A DNA stretch of 64,000 bases from Angustibacter luteus (lineage in GTDB: Bacteria > Actinomycetota > Actinomycetes > Actinomycetales > Angustibacteraceae): contig NZ_BAABFP010000004.1 of the NCBI RefSeq assembly GCF_039541115.1, positions 310,001 through 374,000 of the forward strand. Reading direction: 5' to 3'. Below the pieces are notes generated by a model. The model made no database searches. It saw nothing but the letters and a program-made list of their open reading frames with translations, and was not told the DNA's origin. This document shows, piece by piece, positions 39,781-50,314 of the stretch (position 1 is the first letter of the stretch; every line of letters starts with the position of its first letter). Both the position numbers and the translations under genes were made by a program.

Positions 39781-40527
39781 TCATCGCGGGTCGAGTCGGT
39801 AGCCGAGGCCGCGCACGGTGACGACGAGCTCGGGTGCGCCGGCGTCGCGCTCGATCTTGGTGCGCAGTCGGCGGATGTGGACGTCGACGATGCGCTCGTC
39901 GCCGAAGAAGCCGCGGTCCCAGACCCGTTCCAGCAGCGTGCGCCGGCTCAGCACGTGACCGGGCGGCGAGGCGAGCTCGCAGAGCAGGCGGAACTCGGTG
40001 AGGGTCAGGTGCACCTGGGTCTGGCCGCGTCGCACCGCACCGGCGGCATGGTCCAGCGTCAGCCCGGTCTCGGCGTCCAGAACCATTGCGGCAGCGTGGT
40101 CCTCGGGTTGGTCCGCACCGGCTGGACCCGGCGCCTGCGCCGCCGCCTCGGCCGGGTCGGCGGCCGGCGGTCGGCGCAGCAGGGCGCGCAACCGGGCGCT
40201 GACCTCCTCGACCACGAAGGGCTTGGTGACGTAGTCGTCGGCGCCCGCCTCGAGGGCCGCGACGATGTCGTCGGTGCCGGCCCGGGCACTGAGCACGATG
40301 ATCGGCGCCTGGCTCATGGGGCGGGCCCGCCGGATGAACGTGAAGCCGTCCATGCCGCCGAGCATGAGGTCCACCAGCATCAGGTCGACCCGCTCGTCGG
40401 CCACCGTGGCCAGCGCGTGCTCGGCGTCGGCGTGCTCCAGGACCTCGTAGCCCTCGTCCTCCAGGGCCAGGGCCAGGGCGCTGCGGATCCCGTCGTCGTC
40501 CTCGAGCACGAGCAACCGGGTAGCCAC
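39781..40527 (-). CDS. OmpR-family response regulator
   Basis: LEDD, DLML, GADDYVTKPF, LTLTEFRLL, VDVHIRRLR, VRGLGY. Confidence 0.95.
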   Translation of the reverse strand: MATRLLVLEDDDGIRSALALALEDEGYEVLEHADAEHALATVADERVDLMLVDLMLGGMDGFTFIRRARPMSQAPIIVLSARAGTDDIVAALEAGADDYVTKPFVVEEVSARLRALLRRPPAADPAEAAAQAPGPAGADQPEDHAAAMVLDAETGLTLDHAAGAVRRGQTQVHLTLTEFRLLCELASPPGHVLSRRTLLERVWDRGFFGDERIVDVHIRRLRTKIERDAGAPELVVTVRGLGYRLDPR

Positions 40528-40641
40528 CGCTCCATGCTGCCAGGCGGTTCGGCCCCGGCTGCCCGTACCGGCGTGCTGGGCCTCGGTCGTCAACAAACCG
40601 CAAAGAAGCGACGCGCCCGATCGCAACGTTCGGGAGCCAGG

Positions 40642-40977
40642 ATGAATGACATGACCCAGACGAGCGAAGCGGTGCCGGTCGGACGCCGGGACGTGGTGGT
40701 CGTCCTGGACGACGACACGACCGCGCTCGCGCTGGCCGCGCTGCCGTCCCGGCTCGGTGAGGTGCTGAGCGCGGGCGACGCGCGGCTGGTGGTCGACGTC
40801 AGCGGGCTCGGCCGGTTGTCGTCCGGCGTGGTGGCGGCGTTGCTGTGGAGCAAGCGCCGGTGCCTGGCGCGCGGCGTCCCGATGTCGGTGCGCGGCGTCC
40901 GTGGTCCGCAGCTCGCCGAGCTACGGCGGACCGGGCTGGGTGCGGCGCTGGACGTCCCGCTGCGTGGGCGGCGATGA
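40642..40977 (+). CDS. STAS-domain (anti-anti-sigma-like) protein
   Basis: LVVDVSGLGRLSSGVVAAL...LRRTGL pattern. Confidence 0.7.
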   Translation: MNDMTQTSEAVPVGRRDVVVVLDDDTTALALAALPSRLGEVLSAGDARLVVDVSGLGRLSSGVVAALLWSKRRCLARGVPMSVRGVRGPQLAELRRTGLGAALDVPLRGRR

Positions 40978-41528
40978 CCATGTCGACCCAGGTGTGGGCA
41001 GGCGGCCTCGGGCGGCGCGAGCGGCTGGTCCGCGACCGGGTGTGGAGCGTGGCCACGGTGGCCGCCCGCCCGGGGGCGGTGCAGGTCGAGCGGACCGAGG
41101 ACGGCCTGCGGGTCGGGGTCGGCGACGAGCCAGGGTGGGGTGGGCGCAGGACGTGGGTCGTGCTGCGCCGGGACGGCAGCGTCAGCGTCGACGCGCCGTC
41201 CACCCCACCCGCTCTGCTCGTCTCCAGCACGGCCGCGCGCACCCTGCCGGCCGTGCCGGGGGTGCCGGAGCGGATCGGGATGGACCCGGGGGAGCGTCTT
41301 CTCGTACTCTCGTCCGACGCGCTCGACGTGCTCCCCGAGTCGGTCGTGTCCGTGCTGCAGTCGCTGCCGGATCGGGTGACCGGGAAGGATCCGGTCGATC
41401 TGCTTGCTGAGTTGTTCGAAGGGCTGCCGAGCGGCAGCGGTGTGATCGTGACCCGTCGACCGGCTCCGGTGCCGGTGGCGGGTTCGGACCAGGAGGAGGC
41501 GACATGGGGATCAGCGCAGCGTTCCTGA
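40974..41528 (+). CDS. hypothetical protein resembling a degenerate SpoIIE/PP2C C-terminal half
   Basis: ATGA coupling to the STAS gene; MDPGERLLVLSSDAL resembles L.PGD.LLLYTDG. Confidence 0.5.
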   Translation: MTMSTQVWAGGLGRRERLVRDRVWSVATVAARPGAVQVERTEDGLRVGVGDEPGWGGRRTWVVLRRDGSVSVDAPSTPPALLVSSTAARTLPAVPGVPERIGMDPGERLLVLSSDALDVLPESVVSVLQSLPDRVTGKDPVDLLAELFEGLPSGSGVIVTRRPAPVPVAGSDQEEATWGSAQRS

Positions 41529-41710
41529 ACGAGCTCAACGCCCAGCGGGCCAGCGCCGTGCACGACCTCGGTCTGGCCCAGGCGGCCGGCGACGAGGCTG
41601 CGGTCGCCGACGCGGTGGCCCGCCTGGAGGACCTCGACGAGCTGCTCTGCCGCAGCGGGAGCCACGACCTCGTGCTCGACCTGGACGCCGGCCTGACCCG
41701 CGCCGGCTGA
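41504..41710 (+). CDS. small hypothetical helical protein (68 aa)
   Basis: AGGAGGAGG RBS; GC3-rich codons. Confidence 0.65.
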   Translation: MGISAAFLNELNAQRASAVHDLGLAQAAGDEAAVADAVARLEDLDELLCRSGSHDLVLDLDAGLTRAG

Positions 41711-41712
41711 GC

Positions 41713-42210
41713 TCAGTCGACCCAGAACGTGTCGTGGTGGTCCATGAACGCCGCGCGCTCCGGGTCGGCCAGCGGTGGGCGCCGGTGCTGGGCGACGTCC
41801 GCGAGCGTCTCGAAGTAGCCCTCCCGCGGCGCGCCCGGGGTGAACAGGATGAGCATGGACGCCGGCTCGCCCGAGACGTTCTTGAACCCGTGCAGGCCGC
41901 CCTGCGGGACGTACAGGAAGTCGCCGGGCGCCGTGTCCACCCAGCGTGAGCCGTCGTACACCTGAACCGTGCCGGCCAGGATGTAGAACGACTCCGTGAT
42001 GGCCCGGTGGAAGTGCGGGTCGGGGCCGCTGCGCTGCGGCCCGAAGTCCCAGCGGTAGAGGCCCAGCTGGCCGCCGGTGGACTCCCCGGTGGCCAGGTAG
42101 TGGACGTCGTTGCCGGGCTGGTTGCTGAGCTCGGGTGCCGCGGTGGCGGGGCGGAACGAGGCGCTGACCTCACCGTTCTCGCCGTGGTAGACGGGCGGTG
42201 GGTACGACAT
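41713..42210 (-). CDS. cupin_2 domain protein
   Basis: PHFH...ESFYIL.G...PGDFLYVPQGGLHGF. Confidence 0.88.
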   Translation of the reverse strand: MSYPPPVYHGENGEVSASFRPATAAPELSNQPGNDVHYLATGESTGGQLGLYRWDFGPQRSGPDPHFHRAITESFYILAGTVQVYDGSRWVDTAPGDFLYVPQGGLHGFKNVSGEPASMLILFTPGAPREGYFETLADVAQHRRPPLADPERAAFMDHHDTFWVD

Positions 42211-42231
42211 GCGGTCGACGTTACGACGCGC

Positions 42232-44127
42232 TCAGCCGACGTGCACGTGCGGCCGGCGCTCCGGTTCGGCCACAGCCTGACGCAGGATCTCCCGGGTCAC
42301 CGGCGCGACCTCGCCCTGCCCGAGCACGAGGTAGCGCAGGAAGTGCCGCACCGGGTTGCCCTCGGTCCACTCGAAGTACAGGTGCGGCCGGTGGCCCGTC
42401 CGGTCGCGGACGTCGAGGGCGAGCGCGGCCAGGGCCGGCGGCACGGCTGAGGCCTGCATCGTCAGCACCCGGTACTGCCCGGCCCGCACCTCGCCGCACA
42501 CCTTCAGTCGGGTCTCGAACTCTGACGGGTCGGTGACCGTCACCTCGACGAACAGCACGTCACCGGGGCTGGGCAGATCGTGGTCGTGCATCGTCTGGCG
42601 GAGCTTCTCGCGGTACTCGTGCGCGTCCCGCTGATCGGGCTCGTTGGCCACCAGGCGCACGTTCGACCGCACGCTGTCCCGGACGAACATCTGCGCCTTG
42701 TGGTCCAGCTCGACCTCGGTGACCCGCAGGTCGAAGGCCCGGCGCACCCGCGAGACGGCGGACACGCCCACGATGCCGGCGATGAAGCAGGCGCCGATCT
42801 TCACGCCGTCCGGCCGTTCGATCACGTTCGCGATGGTCACGTAGACGAAGACCGCTGCGATGGCGGCGAAGCCCCAGGTCTTCGCGGTCTGCCGGGCCCG
42901 GCGGGCCGACAGGGTCACGGCGACCGCGGCGGAGGTGATCAGCACCAGGACGCCGGTCGCGTACGCGCCGCCCTGGGCGTCGACGTCCGCGTTGAACAGG
43001 ATCGTGACGAGGAACGCGATGGCGGTCAGCACCAGCACGAGCGGGCGGACGGCGCGGGCCCAGTCGGGCGCCATGCCGTATCGCGGCAGGTACCGGGGCA
43101 CGAGGTTCAGCAGCCCGGCCATCGCGGACGCGCCGGCGAACCACAGGATCGCGATGGTGGAGATGTCGTAGACCGTGCCGAAGCCGTTGCCCAGGTAGGT
43201 GTGCGCGAGGTGGGCCAGGGCGCGACCGTTGGCGGCGCCGCCGGGCTGGAACTCGCGCGCCGGGATCAGCAGGGTGGTCACGAAGCTGCTGAAGATGAGG
43301 AAGATGCTCATGATGACGGCGGCGCTGGTGAGCAGGCGGCGGGCACCGCGGATCCGCCCGGTGGGCCGCTGCTCGGTGTCGTCCGCGTCGCCCTCGATGT
43401 GCGGCATGACCGCCACGCCGGTCTCGAAGCCGGACAGGCCCAGCGCGAGCTTGGGGAAGACCAGCAGGGCGACGGCGATGATCATGAACGGGCTGCCGTG
43501 CGAGTCGGTGACCGCGGTGGTCCAGTGCGTCACCACGATCGGCTCGGTGACGATGTGCCACATGCTGTCGGCGATCACCACCACGTTCAGCGCCAGGTAG
43601 ACGCCGACCAGGACGACCGCGATGCCGACGGCCTCGGTGAAGCCCTTGAGGAACACGGCGCCCAGGGCGGCCAGCAGCACCAGCGTCACGATCACCTCGT
43701 GGCCGTGGAAGGCGCTGGGCCAGAACGGGTTCTCGTCGATGTGCGCGGTCGCGTCGGCCGCGGACAGGGTCATGGTGATCAGGAAGTCGGTCGCCGCGAA
43801 GCCGAGCAGCACCAGGACGAACAGCTTGCCCTTCCAGAACGACAGCAGCCGCTCCAGCATGGCGATCGAGCCCTCGCCGCGCGGGCTCTCGGCGGCCACC
43901 CGGCGGTAGACCGGGAGCGCACCGAACAGGGTGACGAGCACGAGCACCACGGTGGCGAGGGGCGACAGGACACCGGCTGCGAGCGCGGCGATGCCTGGCT
44001 GGTAGCCGAGGGTCGAGAAGTAGTCGACGCCGGTCAGGCACATGACGCGCCACCACGGGTCGCGGTGCGCCTCGCGGGTGCTCGGGTGGGCGTGCGGGCC
44101 GGGATGGCGGGCCGCGGGTTCGCTCAT
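42232..44127 (-). CDS. APC-superfamily permease (possible K+ or amino-acid transporter)
   Basis: Many TM helices; [24 protein letters not shown]-terminal soluble domain; adjacent to kdp; start uncertain. Confidence 0.8.
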   Translation of the reverse strand: MSEPAARHPGPHAHPSTREAHRDPWWRVMCLTGVDYFSTLGYQPGIAALAAGVLSPLATVVLVLVTLFGALPVYRRVAAESPRGEGSIAMLERLLSFWKGKLFVLVLLGFAATDFLITMTLSAADATAHIDENPFWPSAFHGHEVIVTLVLLAALGAVFLKGFTEAVGIAVVLVGVYLALNVVVIADSMWHIVTEPIVVTHWTTAVTDSHGSPFMIIAVALLVFPKLALGLSGFETGVAVMPHIEGDADDTEQRPTGRIRGARRLLTSAAVIMSIFLIFSSFVTTLLIPAREFQPGGAANGRALAHLAHTYLGNGFGTVYDISTIAILWFAGASAMAGLLNLVPRYLPRYGMAPDWARAVRPLVLVLTAIAFLVTILFNADVDAQGGAYATGVLVLITSAAVAVTLSARRARQTAKTWGFAAIAAVFVYVTIANVIERPDGVKIGACFIAGIVGVSAVSRVRRAFDLRVTEVELDHKAQMFVRDSVRSNVRLVANEPDQRDAHEYREKLRQTMHDHDLPSPGDVLFVEVTVTDPSEFETRLKVCGEVRAGQYRVLTMQASAVPPALAALALDVRDRTGHRPHLYFEWTEGNPVRHFLRYLVLGQGEVAPVTREILRQAVAEPERRPHVHVG

Positions 44128-44273
44128 CCCGCGCAGCAACCAGCCACGCACCTCCGTCCGGGTGGACGTCGACACCGAACCTCCTCGCGCACCGCCCGGC
44201 GTCATTCGCCGGGCCTCCAACCATCGTCCGGCCGGGTGCGCGGTGCATCCGCAAGGAAGTCGTTAGGGTTCCC

Positions 44274-44358
44274 CCCCAACCCCGCCGTGATCATGCACGT
44301 TCGCCCCGGTCGGCGACGCGCGCCCGGGCGAACGTGCATGATCACCGCGGGGTTGGGG
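44274..44358. repeat. intergenic inverted-repeat element, copy 3
   Basis: 33-bp arms with 1 mismatch containing GTGATCATGCACGTTCGCCC, 19-bp spacer. Confidence 0.9.
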
Positions 44359-44364
44359 TGGGGG

Positions 44365-45063
44365 TCAGGGGGAGGGTTGTGGCTCGAACCGGTAGCCCAG
44401 CCCGGGTTCGTTGAGCAGGTACCGCGGTCGCGCCGGGTCCGGCTCGAGCTTGCGCCGCAGCTGGGCCATGTAGACCCGCAGGTTGCCGTCGGCGTTCTCG
44501 TAGCCCGGGCCCCAGACCTCGGCGAGCAGCTGGCGGCGGGTCAGCAGCTTGCCGGGGTGGCGCAGCAGCACCTCGAGCAGGTGCCACTCGGTCGGGGTGA
44601 GCCGGACGTCGCGTGCCTGCCCCTCGTCGTCCGCGGTCACCCGGTGGGCGGGCAGGTCGACGGTGGTGCTGCCCAACCGGACGACCGGGAGCGCGTCACT
44701 GGGCGTCGAGCGCCGGGTGACGGCCCGCAGCCGGGCCAGCAGCTCGTCCACCGAGAAGGGCTTGGTCACGTAGTCGTCGGCGCCGGCGTCCAGCGCCTCG
44801 ACCTTGTCGATGCTGTCGCTGCGGCCGGACAGGATCACGATGGGCGCGGCGGTCCAGCCCCGCAGCCCGCGCACGACCTCGACGCCGTCCAGGTCCGGCA
44901 GGCCGAGGTCGAGCACCACCAGGTCCGGGTTGTGCCGCCCGGCCAGCGCGAGTGCGTCGGCGCCGGTCGCCGCGGTGAGCACCGTGTAGTGCCGGGCCCG
45001 CAGGTTGATCGCCAGCGCGCGCAGGATCTGCGGCTCGTCGTCCACGACCAGGACGGTGGTCAC
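44365..45063 (-). CDS. kdpE: KDP operon response regulator
   Basis: VVDDEPQI, LDLGLPD, LTPTEW, LRVYMAQLRRKLE; follows kdpD. Confidence 0.95.
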   Translation of the reverse strand: MTTVLVVDDEPQILRALAINLRARHYTVLTAATGADALALAGRHNPDLVVLDLGLPDLDGVEVVRGLRGWTAAPIVILSGRSDSIDKVEALDAGADDYVTKPFSVDELLARLRAVTRRSTPSDALPVVRLGSTTVDLPAHRVTADDEGQARDVRLTPTEWHLLEVLLRHPGKLLTRRQLLAEVWGPGYENADGNLRVYMAQLRRKLEPDPARPRYLLNEPGLGYRFEPQPSP

Positions 45064-47663
45064 GAGACCCCCTGCGCCGCAGCGGGATCGGCGCGTTCGC
45101 GGCGTCCCGGCTCGGCGTCGTGCGGGTCGTCCCGCGCCACGGGCAGGGCGATGACCATCGTCAGCCCGCCACCCGGTGTCTCCTCCGGCGTGAGCGTGCC
45201 GCCCATGGCCTCGGCGAGCCCGCGGGACAGCGCCAGCCCGAGGCCGACGCCGGTGGTGTTGTCGGTGTCGCCGAGCCGCTGGAACGGCACGAACACCGTG
45301 TCGAGCTTGTCGGCGGGGATGCCCGGCCCGCGGTCGACGACGCGCAGCTCGACCCGTTCGCCGAGGCTGCTGCCCGTGATCCGCACGGGGACGTCGGAGT
45401 CGTTGTACCGCAGCGCGTTCTGCACCACGTTGGCCACGACGCGCTCGAGCAGCCCGGGGTCGGCGTCCGCCTCCGGCAGGTCGTCCGGGACGTCGACGAG
45501 GACGCGCGCGCCGTCCGGTCCGAGGTCGTCGAGGGCGAGCGGCACCACCTCGTCAAGCGCCACCGCCCTCCGCTGGACCGTCATCGCCCCAGCGGTCAGC
45601 CGGCTCATGTCGAGCAGGTTGTCCACCAACCGGGCGAGCCGGTCCAGCGACTCGTCGGCGGTGAGCAGGAGCTCGTCGCGGTCGTCTGCGGACCACGCGA
45701 CGTCGGTGCTGCGCAGGCTGGTCACGGACGCCTTGGCCGAGGCCAGCGGGGTGCGCAGGTCGTGCCCGACGGCGGCGAGCAGCGCGGTGCGCATGCGGTC
45801 GGTGGCCGCCAGGGGCGCTGCCGCCGCGGCCTGCTCGGCCAGCCGCGATCGCTCCAGCAAGGCCCCGGCCTGCGCGGCGAACGCGCCGACCACGCGCTGG
45901 TCCTCGGCGCGCAGCGGGCGACCCCGCACCACCAGGACCAATTGCTCGCCGGCCGGGAACTCGGCGTCGGCCTGCTGCGGGCTCGGGCAGGCGTCCGCGC
46001 CTGCGGTGGCCGTGGCGGTCGCCACCACGGTGAACGTACCGCGGTCCGCCGGGCCGGAGCGCTCGAGCAGCGTCACGTCGTCCAGGCTGAAGGCCTCGCG
46101 CACCCGCTCCAGCAGGCCCGCGAGCCCCGTCTCGCCGCGCAGCACGCTGCCGGCCAGGGTGCCGAGCGTCTGGGACTCCGCCGAGGCGCGCGCCGCCTGC
46201 CGGGTGCGCCGCGCGGCCAGGTCGACCACCGAGCTGACGGACGCGGCCACGACCAGGAAGACCGTCAGGGCCAGCGCGTTGTTGGTCTCGCTGATGTTGA
46301 AGGTGTGCAGCGGCGGCGTGAAGTAGTAGTTCAGCAGCATCGAGCAGCTGACCGCCGCGAGCAGTGCCGGCAGCAGCCCGCCGACCAGCGCGACGCCGAC
46401 GACGACGAGCAGGTACAGCAGGACGTCGCTGATCAGGTTCAGCTGCGGGGGCGCTGGGACCAGCGCGAGCGTGAGCAGCGGCGGCGCCAGCACCGCCAGC
46501 AGGACGCCGTACACCCGACGTCGCACCGTGAGTGCGCCGCCGAGCTGGGGGAGCGCGCGACCGCGACCGGCCTGGGCGTGGGTGACGAGGTGGACGTCGA
46601 TGTCCCCCGAGCCGCGGATCGTGGCCGACCCGATCCCCGGCCCGCCGAGCAGCGCACCCCACCGCGAGCGCCGGCTGGCGCCGAGCACGAGCTGGGTGGC
46701 GTTCTCGGCCCGGGCGAACTCCAGCAGCGCGCGCGGGACGTCGTCCCCCACGACCTGGTGGTACGAGCCGCCGAGGGTCTCGACGAGCTGGCGCTGGGTG
46801 GCCAGGTCGGCCGGGCTCGCGCCGGTCAGCCCGTCCGAGCGGGCCACGTGCACGGCCAGCACGTCCCCGCCGGCGGACCGCGCCGCGATCCGCGCCGCGC
46901 GGCGGATCAGCGTCTCGCCCTCGGCGCCGCCGGTCAGCGCGACGACCACCCGCTCGCGGGTCTCCCAGGTGCCCTGGATTCCGTGCGCGGCGCGGTAGTC
47001 CTGCATCGACTCGTCGACCTTGTCGGCCACCCAGAGCAGGGCCAGCTCGCGCAGCGCGGTGAGGTTGCCGACCCGGAAGTAGTTGCCCAGCGCGGCGTCC
47101 ACCTTGTCGGCGGTGTAGACGTTGCCGTGCGCCATGCGGCGGCGCAGCGCCTCGGGGGCCATGTCGACGAGCTCGACCTGGTCGGCCGCCCGGACCACCG
47201 CGTCGGGCAGCCGCTCCTGCTGGCGCGCGCCGGTGATCTTCTCGACGACGTCGTTGACGGACTCCAGGTGCTGGACGTTGACGGTGGCGACCACGTCGAT
47301 GCCCGCAGCCAGCAGCTCCTCGACGTCCTGCCAGCGCTTGGCGTTCCGTGAACCCGGCACGTTGGTGTGGGCGAGCTCGTCGACCAGCGCGACCCGCGGG
47401 CGGCGGGCCAGCACGGCGTCGACGTCCATCTCGGTGAAGGTCCCGCCGCGGTGGGTCAGCTCGCGCCGGGGCACCACCTCGAGCCCCTCGACGAGGTCCG
47501 CGGTGTGCTGGCGGCCGTGCGTCTCGACCAGCCCGACGACGACGTCGGTGCCGCGCTCGACCCGTCGGTGGCCCTCGTCGAGCATGGCGAAGGTCTTGCC
47601 CACCCCGGGGGCGGCCCCGAGGTAGACGCGCAGCGTGCCGCGGCCCACGCGACCACCTCCCAT
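45060..47663 (-). CDS. kdpD: osmosensitive K+ sensor histidine kinase
   Basis: GAAPGVGKTFAML, DELAHTN, USP domain, 4 TM helices, HDLRTPL. Confidence 0.97.
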   Translation of the reverse strand: MGGGRVGRGTLRVYLGAAPGVGKTFAMLDEGHRRVERGTDVVVGLVETHGRQHTADLVEGLEVVPRRELTHRGGTFTEMDVDAVLARRPRVALVDELAHTNVPGSRNAKRWQDVEELLAAGIDVVATVNVQHLESVNDVVEKITGARQQERLPDAVVRAADQVELVDMAPEALRRRMAHGNVYTADKVDAALGNYFRVGNLTALRELALLWVADKVDESMQDYRAAHGIQGTWETRERVVVALTGGAEGETLIRRAARIAARSAGGDVLAVHVARSDGLTGASPADLATQRQLVETLGGSYHQVVGDDVPRALLEFARAENATQLVLGASRRSRWGALLGGPGIGSATIRGSGDIDVHLVTHAQAGRGRALPQLGGALTVRRRVYGVLLAVLAPPLLTLALVPAPPQLNLISDVLLYLLVVVGVALVGGLLPALLAAVSCSMLLNYYFTPPLHTFNISETNNALALTVFLVVAASVSSVVDLAARRTRQAARASAESQTLGTLAGSVLRGETGLAGLLERVREAFSLDDVTLLERSGPADRGTFTVVATATATAGADACPSPQQADAEFPAGEQLVLVVRGRPLRAEDQRVVGAFAAQAGALLERSRLAEQAAAAAPLAATDRMRTALLAAVGHDLRTPLASAKASVTSLRSTDVAWSADDRDELLLTADESLDRLARLVDNLLDMSRLTAGAMTVQRRAVALDEVVPLALDDLGPDGARVLVDVPDDLPEADADPGLLERVVANVVQNALRYNDSDVPVRITGSSLGERVELRVVDRGPGIPADKLDTVFVPFQRLGDTDNTTGVGLGLALSRGLAEAMGGTLTPEETPGGGLTMVIALPVARDDPHDAEPGRRERADPAAAQGVS

Positions 47664-47668
47664 CGGAC

Positions 47669-48277
47669 TCAGTCTGCCGCGTCGGTGGCGCGGTCGAGCG
47701 CCAGGTTCAGCTCGAGCACGTTCACCCGCGGCTCGCCGAGGAACCCGATCACCCGACCCTGGGTGTGCTGGGCGACCAGCCGCCGCACGGTCGCGACGTC
47801 CAGGCCGCGCTCGCGGGCCACCCGCGCGACCTGGATCCGGGCGTACGCCGGGCTGATGTGCGGGTCCAGACCCGAGCCGCTGGCCAGCAGCGCGTCCGGC
47901 GGGACGTCGCGCGGGGCGACGGCGTCGGACGCGGCCACCGCGGCCCGCCGCTGGGTGATCGCGGTGACCAGGTCCGCGTTCTCCGGTCCGAGGTTCGACG
48001 CGGACGACGCGAGCGCGTCGTAGCCGTCCTGGCCCGCCGCCGACGGCCGGCTCTGGAAGTAGCCGTCGTGGTCGGTGAACGACTGGCCGATCAGGCTCGA
48101 GCCGACGGTGCGGCCGCCGTGGCTCACCAGTGAGCCGTCGGCGTTGTGCCGCAACGTGATCTGGGCGATTGCGGTCATCCCCAGCGGGTAGGCCAGGCCG
48201 AGAATCACGGTCAGCACCACGAGGGTGCGGACGGCGGCGGCGTACTGGCGGAGGGCAGGTGCGGTGCGGGCAGACAT
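47669..48277 (-). CDS. kdpC: K+-transporting ATPase subunit C
   Basis: GSSLIGQSF, YFQSRPSA, SNLGP, SGSGLDPHIS, VNVLELNLALD. Confidence 0.97.
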   Translation of the reverse strand: MSARTAPALRQYAAAVRTLVVLTVILGLAYPLGMTAIAQITLRHNADGSLVSHGGRTVGSSLIGQSFTDHDGYFQSRPSAAGQDGYDALASSASNLGPENADLVTAITQRRAAVAASDAVAPRDVPPDALLASGSGLDPHISPAYARIQVARVARERGLDVATVRRLVAQHTQGRVIGFLGEPRVNVLELNLALDRATDAAD

Positions 48278-48289
48278 GGGGTTCCTTGG

Positions 48290-50314
48290 TCAGCCGATGC
48301 CGGGGATCTGGGACACCAGCAGGTCGATGAGCTTGATGCCGACGAACGGGGCGACGATGCCGCCGAGGCCGTAGACGGCGAGGTTGCGGCGCAGCATGTC
48401 CGCCGCGGACGACGGCCGGTACCGGACGCCGCGCAGGGCCAGCGGGATGAGGGCGACGATCACGAGGGCGTTGAACACGACCGCGGACAGGATGGCCGAG
48501 CGCGGGGTGGCCAGGCCCATCACGTTGAGCGTGCCCAGGCCGCCGTACACCCCGGCGAACATCGCGGGGATGATCGCGAAGTACTTGGCGATGTCGTTGG
48601 CGATGGAGAACGTCGTCAGCGACCCGCGGGTGATCAGCAGCTGCTTGCCGATCTCGACGATCTCGATGAGCTTGGTGGGGTTGGAGTCCAGGTCCACCAT
48701 GTTGCCGGCCTCCTTGGCGGCGGAGGTGCCGGAGTTCATCGCGACGCCGACGTCCGCCTGGGCCAGCGCGGGCGCGTCGTTGGTGCCGTCACCGGTCATC
48801 GCGACGAGCCGGCCGCCCTCCTGCTCGCGCTTGATCAGCGCCATCTTGTCCTCGGGCGTGGCCTCGGCGAGGAAGTCGTCGACGCCGGCTTCGTCCGCGA
48901 TCGCCTTGGCGGTCAACGGGTTGTCGCCGGTGATCATCACCGTGCGGATGCCCATCCGGCGCATCTCCTCGAAGCGCTCGCGCATGCCGGGCTTGACGAC
49001 GTCCTTGAGGGTGATGACGCCGAGCGCGCGGGCGGCGCCGCCCGCCGTCACGTCCGCCACCACCAGCGGGGTGCCGCCGGCGGTGGCCACCGCGTCGACG
49101 GCCACTGCGACGTCCGGGCCGACCTGACCGTGGTTCTCCCGCACCCAGGCCAGCACCGCGCCGGCCGCTCCCTTGCGGACCTGCCGCCCGCCGTCCAGGT
49201 CGACGCCGCTCATCCGCGTCTGCGCGGTGAACGGCACGAAGTGCGCCGACGTCAGCTCCCCCGCGGCGCGCTCACGCAGTCCGTAGGCGGTCTTGGCGAG
49301 CACCACGATCGACCGGCCCTCGGGTGTCTCGTCCGCCAGGCTGGACAGCTGCGCGGCGTCGGCCAGCTCGGCCGCGCTGACCCCGGCCGCCGGCAGCAGC
49401 TCGCTCGCCTGCCGGTTGCCGAGGGTGATCGTGCCGGTCTTGTCCAGCAGCAGGGTGTTGACGTCGCCGGCCGCCTCCACGGCGCGGCCCGACATGGCGA
49501 GCACGTTGTGCTGCACCAGCCGGTCCATGCCCGCAATGCCGATGGCGGACAGCAGGGCACCGATCGTGGTCGGGATCAGGCAGACGAGCAGGGCCACCAG
49601 GACGATCAGGGACTGCTCGGCGCCGCTGTAGACCGCGAACGGCTGCAGCGTGACGGTGGCCATCAGGAAGACCACGGTCAGGCTGGCCAGCAGGACGTTC
49701 AGGGCGATCTCGTTGGGCGTCTTCTGCCGCGCCGCGCCCTCCACCAGCGCGATCATCCGGTCGATGAAGCTCTCGCCGGGCCTGGCGGTGATCCGGACGA
49801 CGATCCGGTCCGACAGCACCCGGGTGCCGCCGGTGACCGAGCTGCGGTCGCCGCCGGACTCGCGGATCACCGGGGCGGACTCGCCGGTGATCGCCGACTC
49901 GTCCACGCTGGCCACGCCCTCGATGACGTCGCCGTCCCCGGGGACCAGCTCGCCGGCGTCCACCACGACGACGTCGCCGAGCCGGAGCTCCGCCGCCGGG
50001 ACGACGTCCTCAGCCGCGCCGTCCGCACCCAGCCGACGCGCCGTGGTCTGCGCCTGGGCGTTGCGCAGGGTCGCGGCCTGCGCCTTGCCACGGCCCTCGG
50101 CCACCGCCTCGGCGAGGTTGGCGAACAGCACGGTCGCCCACAGCCAGCCGACGACGGACCAGGCGAACACGTCCGGGTCGGTCACCGCCAGCGCGGTCGC
50201 CAGCACGGCGCCGACCTCGACGACGAACATCACCGGGTTGCGCACCATCGTGCGCGGGTCGAGCTTGCGGGCGGCATCGGGCAGTGCCGCGAGCAGCGTG
50301 CGGGCGGTGGTCAA
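48290..50314 (-). CDS. kdpB: K+-transporting P-type ATPase subunit B
   Basis: [36 protein letters not shown] start overlaps the kdpA stop. Confidence 0.97.
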   Translation of the reverse strand: MTTARTLLAALPDAARKLDPRTMVRNPVMFVVEVGAVLATALAVTDPDVFAWSVVGWLWATVLFANLAEAVAEGRGKAQAATLRNAQAQTTARRLGADGAAEDVVPAAELRLGDVVVVDAGELVPGDGDVIEGVASVDESAITGESAPVIRESGGDRSSVTGGTRVLSDRIVVRITARPGESFIDRMIALVEGAARQKTPNEIALNVLLASLTVVFLMATVTLQPFAVYSGAEQSLIVLVALLVCLIPTTIGALLSAIGIAGMDRLVQHNVLAMSGRAVEAAGDVNTLLLDKTGTITLGNRQASELLPAAGVSAAELADAAQLSSLADETPEGRSIVVLAKTAYGLRERAAGELTSAHFVPFTAQTRMSGVDLDGGRQVRKGAAGAVLAWVRENHGQVGPDVAVAVDAVATAGGTPLVVADVTAGGAARALGVITLKDVVKPGMRERFEEMRRMGIRTVMITGDNPLTAKAIADEAGVDDFLAEATPEDKMALIKREQEGGRLVAMTGDGTNDAPALAQADVGVAMNSGTSAAKEAGNMVDLDSNPTKLIEIVEIGKQLLITRGSLTTFSIANDIAKYFAIIPAMFAGVYGGLGTLNVMGLATPRSAILSAVVFNALVIVALIPLALRGVRYRPSSAADMLRRNLAVYGLGGIVAPFVGIKLIDLLVSQIPGIG

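Noticed and set aside
44128..44273. c-di-AMP (ydaO) riboswitch upstream of the APC permease
   Set aside because: I could not identify the conserved riboswitch motifs by eye; an Infernal/Rfam scan would settle it
42580..46326. Long antisense ORFs (1248 aa here; also 276-2090, 38470-40641, 48146-50545 and others)
   Set aside because: Shadow ORFs typical of high-GC DNA, lying opposite well-supported genes
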